Of a DNA stretch of 6,459 bases, positions 1 to 6,459 are shown piece by piece (position 1 is the first letter of the stretch; each line of letters begins with the position of its first letter). Origin of the DNA: a virus. Its lineage: Duplodnaviria > Heunggongvirae > Uroviricota > Caudoviricetes. The position numbers were made by a program, and so were the translations under genes. A model generated the notes under the pieces. That model had not been told where the DNA came from and ran no database searches. It worked only from the letters and a program-made list of their open reading frames with translations. The stretch lies in the IMG/VR virus record IMGVR_UViG_2651869750_000008; one strand, written 5' to 3'.

Positions 1-486
1 GAAGAAGGTCAGAAAGGGCTTATAGGCTGGTTTGAAAGCGGGGATGTGCGGGCCTATAAAATCCGTTTTCCGAATGGCACGGTGGATGTGTTTCGTGGCT
101 GGATCAGCAGTATCGGTAAGGCAGTGACGGCGAAAGAAGTGATCACCCGAACAGTGAAAGTGACCAACGTGGGCAAACCTTCCGTGGCGGAAGAACGCAG
201 CGAAATTACGCCGGCCACTGCAATTAAGGTGACACCGACATCCGGTACCGTGGAAAAAGGAAAAACAACCACCCTGACTGTTTCTTTTGAGCCGGAAAGT
301 GCAACCGACAAGACGTTCAGAGCGGTTTCCGCCGATCCGTCGAAAGCCACCATTAGTGTGAAAGATATGACAATTACGGTAAACGGCGTGGCGACAGGTA
401 AGGTGCAGATCCCTGTGGTGAGCGGAAATGGTCAGTTCGCCGCAGTGGCTGAAGTCACCGTTACTGAAGCGGGCGCTGCAGGGTAA
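1..486 (+). CDS. V: Major tail protein V, C-terminal part (5'-truncated by window edge); includes Ig-like (Big_2-type) C-terminal domain
   Basis: Frame 1 is open from nt 1 with no stop until TAA 484-486; the GTG at 46 in the ORF track is internal. Translation ([34 protein letters not shown]...) matches recalled lambda gpV C-terminus. The T/S/V-rich segment [10 protein letters not shown]...VTVTEAG fits an Ig-like fold. Followed 13 nt later by the G start, as in lambda. Confidence 0.9.
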   Translation, partial: EEGQKGLIGWFESGDVRAYKIRFPNGTVDVFRGWISSIGKAVTAKEVITRTVKVTNVGKPSVAEERSEITPATAIKVTPTSGTVEKGKTTTLTVSFEPESATDKTFRAVSADPSKATISVKDMTITVNGVATGKVQIPVVSGNGQFAAVAEVTVTEAGAAG

Positions 487-499
487 ACGGAGGTAATAC

Positions 500-931
500 A
501 TGTTTCTGAAAACAGAACAATTTGAATATAACGGTGTGTCCGTCACGCTTTCCGAGCTGTCTGCGCTGCAGCGTATTGAGCATCTTGCCCTCCTGAAACG
601 GCGTGCAGAACAGGCAGAATCCAGCGGCAACCTGCAGGTAAGCGTGGAAGATCTCGTCAGAACCGGCGCGTTTCTGGTGGCGATGTCCCTGTGGCATAAC
701 CATCCGCAGAAAACGGCATCACCGTCAATGAATGAGGCTGTGATGCAGATCGAACAGGAGGTGCTCACCACCTGGCCTGCGGATGCCATTGCCCGGGCGG
801 AAGATGTGGTGTTGCGTCTGTCCGGGATGAGCGGGGCTGTTCATGCGGATACTGACAGCACCGAAGTGGCGAAAAATAACGCACTGACTGATGATGATTT
901 TTCTGCGGGAAAGTCTTCGACGGCGAGCTGA
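500..931 (+). CDS. G: Tail assembly chaperone G
   Basis: ATG 500 preceded by GGAGG (489-493, 6-nt spacer). 143 aa; MFLKTEQFEYNGVSVTLSELSALQRIEHLALLKRRAEQAES... closely matches recalled lambda gpG. Position between V and H. Stop TGA 929-931, 16 nt after the slippery heptamer. Confidence 0.92.
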   Translation: MFLKTEQFEYNGVSVTLSELSALQRIEHLALLKRRAEQAESSGNLQVSVEDLVRTGAFLVAMSLWHNHPQKTASPSMNEAVMQIEQEVLTTWPADAIARAEDVVLRLSGMSGAVHADTDSTEVAKNNALTDDDFSAGKSSTAS

Positions 932-1371
932 ATTTTGCCCTCAGACTGGCGCGTGAGATGGGGAGGCCTGACTGGCGCGCCATGCTTGCCGGGATGACAT
1001 CCACCGAATATGCCGACTGGCGACATTTTTACCGTACGCATTATTTTCACGATACCCAACTGGATATGCATTTTTCCGGGCTGACGTACGCCGTACTCAG
1101 CCTGTTTTTTTGCGATCCGGATATGCATCCCTCTGATTTCAGTCTGCTTGCCCCCCGGCATGAGGAAGAGCAGACGGAGAGGCCGGATGAGGAAAAAATG
1201 CTGATGCAGAAAGCGGCAGGACTTGCCGGAGGCGTACGGTTCGGTGGGGACGGAGGGCGCGAGATTTTATCGTCTGCGGATGTGGCGGATGTCAGCGAGG
1301 ATGATGCCGCATTAATGATGGCTTCAGCGGGGATTCCCGGAGGTGTGAGATATGTCCCAGCCGGTTGGTGA
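500..1371 (+). CDS. T: Tail assembly chaperone G-T fusion (G residues 1-~138 joined to T by -1 frameshift at 907-913)
   Basis: The T reading frame (frame 1, open through 1371; ORF track 958-1371) has no ribosome-binding site of its own and its first ATG at 958 is internal. The sequence after the shift (GRPDWRAMLAGMTSTEYADWRHFYRTHYFHD...GGVRY) matches recalled lambda gpT. The 3' end overlaps the H start by 20 nt. Confidence 0.85.
907..913 (+). other. Programmed -1 ribosomal frameshift slippery heptamer G GGA AAG (G to G-T)
   Basis: GGGAAAG sits in G zero frame as GCG GGA AAG (X XXY YYZ), six codons before the G stop. The -1 frame continues open as VFDGELNFALRLAREMGRPDW... to TGA 1369-1371. 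Same heptamer and placement as the lambda G/GT shift site. Confidence 0.85.
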
Positions 1372-3931
1372 TCTTGTTATTGACCTGAGTCTGGATGCGG
1401 TCCGTTTCGATGAGCAGATGAGCCGGGTAAGGCGTCATTTTTCAGGACTGGAGACCGACGCCAGAAAAACCGCCAGTGCCGTTGAACAGAACCTGAGCCG
1501 CCAGGCGCTGGCTGCACAAAAAGCCGGGATTTCCGTCGGGCAGTATAAAGCGGCCATGCGAACCCTGCCCGCACAGTTTACGGATATCGCCACGCAGCTT
1601 GCCGGTGGTCAGAATCCCTGGCTGATCCTGCTGCAACAGGGCGGTCAGGTGAAGGACTCCTTCGGCGGGATGATCCCCATGTTCAGGGGACTTGCCGGTG
1701 CGATCACCCTGCCGATGGTGGGGGCCACCTCGCTGGCGGTGGCGACCGGTGCGCTGGCGTATGCCTGGTATCAGGGCAACTCAACCCTGTCCGATTTCAA
1801 CAAAACGCTGGTCCTTTCCGGCAATCAGGCGGGACTGACGGCAGATCGTATTCTGGCCCTGTCCAGAGCCGGGCAGGCGGCAGGGCTGACGTTTAACCAG
1901 ACCAGCGAGTCACTGACGGCGCTGGTGAATGCCGGTGTGCGTGGTGGTGAGCAGTTTGATGCCATCAACCAGAGTGTCGCGCGTTTTGCGTCTGCATCCG
2001 GTGTGGAGGTGGACAAGGTTGCAGAGGCTTTCGGAAAACTGACCACCGACCCGACGTCGGGACTGATGGCGATGGCGCGCCAGTTCCGTAACGTGACGGC
2101 AGAGCAGATTGCGTATGTTGCACAGCTGCAGCGTTCCGGAGACGAGGCCGGGGCATTGCAGGCGGCGAACGATATCGCCACGAAAGGCTTTGATGAGCAG
2201 ACCCGTCGCCTGAAAGAAAACATGGGAACACTGGAGACCTGGGCGGATAAAACAGGGAAGGCATTCAAATCGATGTGGGATGCCATTCTGGATATCGGTC
2301 GTCCTGAGTCCTCAGCGGATATGCTCGCCAGTGCACAGAAGGCATTTGATGAGGCGGATAAAAAATGGCAGTGGTACCAGAGCCGGAGCCAGCGCCGGGG
2401 AAAGACCTCCTCTTTCCGTGCCAACCTGCAGGGCGCATGGGATGACCGGGAAAATGCCCGTCTGGGGCTGGCAGCGGCCACGCTGCAGTCGGATATGGAA
2501 AAAGCCGGTGAACTGGCTACCAGGGACCGGGCCGAACGGGACGCATCACAGCTGAAGTATACCGGAGAGGCGCAGAAGGCGTATGAGCGTCTGCTGACGC
2601 CGCTGGAGAAATATACTAACCGGCAGGAAGAGCTGAATAAGGCCCTGAAAGACGGGAAAATCCTGCAGGCGGATTACAACACGCTGATGGCGGCGGCGAA
2701 AAAGGATTATGAATCGACGCTGAAAAAGCCGAAGTCGTCAGGTGTTAAAGTGTCAGCCGGTGAGCGTCAGGAAGACCTGACGCATGCGGCGCTGCTGGCG
2801 CTTGAAACCGAGCTCCGGACGCTGGAGAAGCACAGCGGAGCGAATGAGAAAATCAGCCAGCAGCGCCGGGATTTGTGGAAGGCGGAGAGTCAGTTCGCGG
2901 TACTGGAGGAGGCGGCGCAACGTCGCCAGCTGTCTGCACAGGAGAAATCCCTGCTGGCCCATGAGCAAGAGACGCTGGAGTACAAACGCCAGCTGGCTGA
3001 CCTGGGTGACAAGGTTGAATACCAGAAACGGCTGAATGAGCTGGCAAATCAGGCTGTGCGGTTTGAACAGCAGCAGAGTGCGAAGCAGGCTGCAATCAGC
3101 GCAAAAGCCCGGGGGCTGACGGACCGTCAGGCACAGCGGGAGTCGGAATCGCAGCGCCTTCGTGACGTGTACGGTGATAATCCGGATGCGCTGGCGAAGG
3201 CCACATCTGCACTGAAGAACACCTGGTCTGCGGAGGAGCAGCTTCGTGGAAGCTGGATGGCCGGTCTGAAGTCCGGCTGGGGCGAGTGGGCAGAAAGTGC
3301 GACGGACAGTTTTTCGCAGGTTAAAAGCGTGGCCACGCAGACCTTTGACGGTATTGCACAGAATATGGCAGCGATGCTGACCGGCAGCGAACAGAGCTGG
3401 CGTGGTTTCACCCGTTCTGTGCTCTCCATGCTGACAGAGATTTTTCTGAAGCAGGCCATGGTGGGGATTGTCGGGAGTATTGGCAGCGCCATGGGTGGTG
3501 CTTTCGGTGGTGGGGCGTCTGCCTCCACGGGGACGGCCATTCAGGCTGCGGCGGCGAACTTCCATTTCGCGACCGGAGGATTTACGGGAACCGGTGGCAA
3601 ATACGAACCTGCCGGTATTGTCCACCGCGGGGAGTTTGTCTTCACGAAGGAGGCAACCAGCCGGATTGGCGTCGGCAACCTGTATCGTCTGATGCGCGGG
3701 TATGCGGAAGGTGGTTATGTGGGCGGTGCCGGAAGTCCGGCGCAGATGCGGCGGGCGGAAGGCATTAGTTTTAATCAGAACAATCACGTGGTGATTCAGA
3801 ACGACGGCACCAACGGACAGGCGGGGCCGCAGCTGATGAAGGCGGTGTATGACATGGCCCGCAAGGGGGCGCAGGATGAGATTCAGGCGCAGATGCGTGA
3901 TGGCGGCGTCTTTTCCGGAGGCAGGCGATGA
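1352..3931 (+). CDS. H: Tail tape measure protein H
   Basis: 859-aa ORF; ATG 1352 preceded by GGAGG (1339-1343). N-terminus MSQPVGDLVIDLSLDAVRFDEQMSRVRRHF and C-terminus ...GEFVFTKEATSRIGVGNLYRLMRGYA...MRDGGVFSGG match recalled lambda gpH (853 aa). Long charged, alpha-helical central region plus Gly/Ala-rich hydrophobic segment near the C-terminus, typical of tape measure proteins. Confidence 0.95.
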   Translation: MSQPVGDLVIDLSLDAVRFDEQMSRVRRHFSGLETDARKTASAVEQNLSRQALAAQKAGISVGQYKAAMRTLPAQFTDIATQLAGGQNPWLILLQQGGQVKDSFGGMIPMFRGLAGAITLPMVGATSLAVATGALAYAWYQGNSTLSDFNKTLVLSGNQAGLTADRILALSRAGQAAGLTFNQTSESLTALVNAGVRGGEQFDAINQSVARFASASGVEVDKVAEAFGKLTTDPTSGLMAMARQFRNVTAEQIAYVAQLQRSGDEAGALQAANDIATKGFDEQTRRLKENMGTLETWADKTGKAFKSMWDAILDIGRPESSADMLASAQKAFDEADKKWQWYQSRSQRRGKTSSFRANLQGAWDDRENARLGLAAATLQSDMEKAGELATRDRAERDASQLKYTGEAQKAYERLLTPLEKYTNRQEELNKALKDGKILQADYNTLMAAAKKDYESTLKKPKSSGVKVSAGERQEDLTHAALLALETELRTLEKHSGANEKISQQRRDLWKAESQFAVLEEAAQRRQLSAQEKSLLAHEQETLEYKRQLADLGDKVEYQKRLNELANQAVRFEQQQSAKQAAISAKARGLTDRQAQRESESQRLRDVYGDNPDALAKATSALKNTWSAEEQLRGSWMAGLKSGWGEWAESATDSFSQVKSVATQTFDGIAQNMAAMLTGSEQSWRGFTRSVLSMLTEIFLKQAMVGIVGSIGSAMGGAFGGGASASTGTAIQAAAANFHFATGGFTGTGGKYEPAGIVHRGEFVFTKEATSRIGVGNLYRLMRGYAEGGYVGGAGSPAQMRRAEGISFNQNNHVVIQNDGTNGQAGPQLMKAVYDMARKGAQDEIQAQMRDGGVFSGGRR

Positions 3932-4257
3932 AAACATTTCGCTGGAAAGTGAAGCCGGATATGGAGGTGAACTCGCAGCCATCGGTGCGTGAAGTGCGTT
4001 TTGGTGACGGGTATTCGCAGCGTATGGCGGCGGGGCTGAATGCTGACCTGAAAACATACCGTGTGACGCTTTCCGTGACCCGGGAGGAGGCCCGACATCT
4101 GGAGGCATTCCTGGCAGAGCACGGTGGCTGGAAGGCGTTTCTGTGGACACCGCCTTATGCCTGGCGGCAGATAAAGGTGACCTGTGCCGCCTGGTCATCA
4201 CGGGTTCGCATGCTGCGGGTTGAATTCAGTGCCGAGTTTAAGCAGGTGGTGAACTGA
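3928..4257 (+). CDS. M: Tail tip protein M
   Basis: 109 aa; MKTFRWKVKP...GGWKAFLWTPPYAWRQIKVTCAAWSSRVRMLRVEFSAEFKQVVN matches recalled lambda gpM. ATG 3928-3930 overlaps the H stop (ATGA); GGAGG at 3917-3921. Confidence 0.93.
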   Translation: MKTFRWKVKPDMEVNSQPSVREVRFGDGYSQRMAAGLNADLKTYRVTLSVTREEARHLEAFLAEHGGWKAFLWTPPYAWRQIKVTCAAWSSRVRMLRVEFSAEFKQVVN

Positions 4258-4955
4258 TGCAGGATATTCACGAAGAAAGTCTGAACGAGTCGGTTAAATC
4301 AGAGCAGTCACCGCGGGTGGTGCTCTGGGAAATTGACCTGACGGTGCAGGGCGGTGAGCGGTATTTTTTCTGTAATGAGCTGAATGAAAAAGGGGAGGCG
4401 GTCACCTGGCAGGGGCGGCAATATCAGGCATACCCGATTGACGGCAGTGGCTTTGAGATGAACGGGAAGGGCAGCAGTGCCCGCCCGTCGCTGACGGTGT
4501 CGAATCTGTTCGGTCTGGTCACCGGAATGGCGGAGGACCTGCAGAGCCTGGTGGGGGCCACGGTGGTCCGCCGCCGGGTGTATGCCCGTTTTCTGGATGC
4601 GGTGAATTTTGTGGCGGGCAATCCGGAAGCGGACCCGGAGCAGGAGCTGAGCGACCGCTGGGTGGTGGAGCAGATGTCAGAGCTGACGGCCATGACAGCC
4701 TCGTTTGTGCTGGCAACACCGACGGAGACGGACGGAGCGCTGTTTCCCGGTCGCATCATGCTGGCGAACACCTGTATGTGGGATTACCGGGGAGATGAAT
4801 GCGGGTATAACGGTCCTGCGGTGGCGGATGAGTTCGATAAACCCACCACCGATATCCGTAAGGACAGATGCAGCAAGTGCATGCGCGGGTGTGAGATGCG
4901 CGGCATGGTGGCTAATTTTGGCGGTTTCCTTTCCATTAACAAACTTTCGCAGTAA
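4257..4955 (+). CDS. L: Tail tip protein L (predicted iron-sulfur cluster binding)
   Basis: 232 aa; MQDIHEESLNE...VVLWEIDLT...GGERYFFCNE...FGGFLSINKLSQ matches recalled lambda gpL. Start overlaps the M stop by 1 nt (TGATG at 4255-4259). C-terminal cysteine cluster with codons at 4773, 4800, 4869, 4878 and 4890. Confidence 0.95.
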   Translation: MQDIHEESLNESVKSEQSPRVVLWEIDLTVQGGERYFFCNELNEKGEAVTWQGRQYQAYPIDGSGFEMNGKGSSARPSLTVSNLFGLVTGMAEDLQSLVGATVVRRRVYARFLDAVNFVAGNPEADPEQELSDRWVVEQMSELTAMTASFVLATPTETDGALFPGRIMLANTCMWDYRGDECGYNGPAVADEFDKPTTDIRKDRCSKCMRGCEMRGMVANFGGFLSINKLSQ

Positions 4956-4960
4956 ATCCA

Positions 4961-5704
4961 ATGACACAGACAGAATCAGCGATTCTGGCGCATGCCCGGC
5001 GGTGTGTGCCTGCGGAGTCGTGCGGCTTCGTGGTGAGAACGCCGGAGGGGGAGCGGTATATCCCTTGTGTGAATATCTCTGCAGAGCCGGAGGCGTATTT
5101 TCGTATTGCACCGGAAGACTGGCTGCGGGCAGAGATGCAGGGGGAGATTGTGGCACTGGTCCACAGTCATCCCGGTGGTCTGCCCTGGCTGAGCGAGGCC
5201 GACCGGCGGCTGCAGATAAAAAGTGCACTGTCCTGGTGGCTGGTCTGCCGGGGGGAAATTCATAAATTCCGCTGTGTGCCACATCTGACAGGACGGCGCT
5301 TTGAGCACGGGGTGACGGACTGTTACACGCTGTTCCGGGATGCCTACCATCTGGCGGGAATTGATATGCCGGATTTTGAGCGTGAGGATGACTGGTGGCG
5401 CAACGGTCAGAACCTTTACCTGGACAATATGGAGGCGACTGGTTTTTACAGGATTTCCCTGCCTTCCGCACAGCCTGGCGATATCCTGCTGTGCTGCTTT
5501 GGCGCATCGGTGGCCAATCATGCCGCCATATACTGCGGCAACGGTGAGCTGCTTCACCATCTGCCTGAACAACTGAGTAAACGGGAGAGGTATTCCGAAA
5601 AATGGCAACGACGAACGCATTCAGCCTGGCGTCACCGCCACTGGCACGTATCTGCCTTCACGGGGATTTACAACGATTTGGCCGCCGCCTCAGCCTGTAT
5701 GTGA
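4961..5704 (+). CDS. K: Tail tip assembly protein K (N-terminal JAMM/MPN metalloprotease-like domain + C-terminal NlpC/P60-like domain)
   Basis: 247-aa ORF; MTQTESAILAHARRC...matches recalled lambda K. Exact JAMM motif H-x-H-x7-S-x2-D (HSHPGGLPWLSEAD) at nt 5162-5203. C-terminal half carries conserved Cys/His (GVTDCYTLF ... NHAAIYCG ... LLHH) consistent with NlpC/P60. The start at 4961 is needed to include the sequence upstream of the JAMM motif; no in-frame Met occurs before M59. Confidence 0.9.
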   Translation: MTQTESAILAHARRCVPAESCGFVVRTPEGERYIPCVNISAEPEAYFRIAPEDWLRAEMQGEIVALVHSHPGGLPWLSEADRRLQIKSALSWWLVCRGEIHKFRCVPHLTGRRFEHGVTDCYTLFRDAYHLAGIDMPDFEREDDWWRNGQNLYLDNMEATGFYRISLPSAQPGDILLCCFGASVANHAAIYCGNGELLHHLPEQLSKRERYSEKWQRRTHSAWRHRHWHVSAFTGIYNDLAAASACM

Positions 5705-6282
5705 ACACGGCAGCGGAAGCCATCCGTGCCCTGTCGATGCAGATGCCGGGATTCCGCCGTCAGATGAACGAAGGCTGGTACCAGATACGTATTCGCGGTG
5801 AGGACACGGCACCGGAGGCGGTGTACGCCCGTCTTCACGAACAGCTGGGTGAGGGAACGGTCATCCACATTGTGCCGCGACTGGCCGGGGCCGGAAAGGG
5901 TGGACTGCAGATTGTGCTGGGGGCGGCAGCCATCGTGGGCTCTTTCTTCACGGCCGGAGGCTCGATGGCGTTATGGGGTACAGCCCTGAGTGCCGGTGGT
6001 TTTTCTGCCACCACGATGCTGTTTTCACTGGGGGCCAGCATGATTCTGGGCGGTGTGGCCCAGATGCTGGCCCCGAAGGCAAAAACACCGGATTACCGCG
6101 CAACGGATAACGGCAGACAGAACACGTACTTTTCCTCGCTGGATAACATGATTGCCCAGGGGAACCCGATGCCGGTGCCTTACGGTGAAATGCTGGTTGG
6201 CTCCCGCCGTATATCCCAGGACATCAGTACCCGTGATGAAGGCGGTGACGGGAAGGTGGTGGTTATCGGGCGGCAGGCATAA
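5602..6282 (+). CDS. I: Tail tip assembly protein I (N-terminal ubiquitin-like domain ending in Gly-Gly + hydrophobic C-terminal region)
   Basis: 226 aa; ...ARICLHGDLQRFGRR...IHIVPR...QIVLGAAAI...LGGVAQMLAPKA...TDNGRQNTYFSSLDNMIAQGN...VVVIGR matches recalled lambda gpI (223 aa). ATG 5602 lies inside the 3' end of K in a different frame (103-nt overlap). Stop TAA 6280-6282. Confidence 0.93.
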   Translation: MATTNAFSLASPPLARICLHGDLQRFGRRLSLYVNTAAEAIRALSMQMPGFRRQMNEGWYQIRIRGEDTAPEAVYARLHEQLGEGTVIHIVPRLAGAGKGGLQIVLGAAAIVGSFFTAGGSMALWGTALSAGGFSATTMLFSLGASMILGGVAQMLAPKAKTPDYRATDNGRQNTYFSSLDNMIAQGNPMPVPYGEMLVGSRRISQDISTRDEGGDGKVVVIGRQA

Positions 6283-6325
6283 AAGCGAAAAAATCCCGCA
6301 GTGCTCACGGACAGGAACTGCGGGA
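6283..6325 (-). terminator. Candidate Rho-independent terminator oriented for minus-strand transcription
   Basis: Inverted repeat CCCGCAGT (6295-6302) / ACTGCGGG (6317-6324), extendable by a T6294-A6325 pair, with a 14-nt loop. The plus strand has an A-run (6288-6293) 5' of the stem, so the minus strand reads stem-loop then ATTTTTTCGCTT. The plus-strand 3' flank (AGAGTTACG) is not U-rich. The loop is rather large for a canonical terminator. Confidence 0.4.
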
Positions 6326-6459
6326 GAGTTACGAAGATTGAGTGTAAGGAATTATTCTTATGTGTAAGCGCATCATTTAAACCGTCTTTCGCCTCCCTTT
6401 CCTGTTTCCGATACTAATGTCCATTTTCGCAGTAAAAGGACATTTAAGATGAATGCACG

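Noticed and set aside
46-486. GTG start at 46 for the first ORF
   Set aside because: The frame is open back to nt 1 and the preceding residues ([15 protein letters not shown]) continue the lambda gpV match, so the CDS is truncated by the window edge rather than starting at 46.
958-1371. ORF 958-1371 as a free-standing 137-aa gene
   Set aside because: It is the T portion of the G-T frameshift product. Its ATG is internal, lacks a ribosome-binding site, and the frame is open upstream back to the slippery site at 907-913.
1825-2555. Minus-strand ORFs 1825-2481 and 1965-2264 and plus-strand ORF 2280-2555 inside H
   Set aside because: All are embedded in the H coding region in alternative frames or antisense; H is continuous and matches lambda gpH across this stretch, so these are not genes.
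2300-3250. Repetitive-looking charged stretches in H as possible tandem DNA repeats or a CRISPR-like array
   Set aside because: The periodicity is at the protein level (helical E/K/R/Q/A/L-rich sequence); no direct nucleotide repeats with regular spacers are present.
2753-4201. Long 482-aa ORF on the minus strand
   Set aside because: Lies entirely antisense to H and M, which have strong lambda matches. Its translation is Arg/Pro/Ser-rich low-complexity sequence with no start context, typical of spurious antisense ORFs in GC-rich coding DNA.
5340-5576. 78-aa plus-strand ORF inside K in another frame
   Set aside because: Fully nested within the well-supported K coding sequence; no start context and no recognisable product.
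4677-5620. Minus-strand ORFs of 276 aa (4677-5507) and 214 aa (4976-5620)
   Set aside because: Antisense to L and K, low-complexity Pro/Arg/Ala-rich translations, no independent support; artefacts of GC-rich codon usage on the coding strand.
5798-6367. Small ORFs overlapping or following I (5798-5989 +, 5835-6041 -, 6152-6367 +)
   Set aside because: The first two are out of frame or antisense within I. The third starts inside I and runs into the intergenic hairpin region without a ribosome-binding site; more likely chance ORFs.
6338-6418. Possible sigma70 promoter for a downstream plus-strand gene (TTGAGT 6338-6343; TACTAA 6412-6417)
   Set aside because: The -35-like and -10-like hexamers are weak and not at proper 16-18 bp spacing from one another; it cannot be supported from sequence alone.

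Overview
This window is a lambda-like siphovirus (Lambdavirus-type) tail assembly module, all on the + strand and collinear with phage lambda: 3' end of major tail protein V (1-486, runs off the left edge), chaperone G (500-931), the G-T fusion made by a programmed -1 frameshift at GGGAAAG (907-913; T frame to 1371), tape measure protein H (1352-3931), and tail tip proteins M (3928-4257), L (4257-4955), K (4961-5704) and I (5602-6282). Identification rests on recalled similarity to lambda gpV/G/T/H/M/L/K/I and on motifs read directly from the sequence; no database search was possible. The proteins are diverged from lambda itself, so this is a lambda relative (phage or prophage of an enterobacterial host), not lambda. 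I see no undescribed system in the coding part. The most noteworthy points are the K-I pair (JAMM/MPN metalloprotease motif in K, ubiquitin-like domain ending in Gly-Gly in I, 103-nt out-of-frame overlap), the G-T frameshift, the cysteine cluster in L, and the last ~180 nt after gene I, which is AT-richer, does not start a recognisable J gene, and carries a stem-loop plus T-run oriented as a minus-strand terminator. No tRNA, rRNA, CRISPR array, IS element or integrase is visible.
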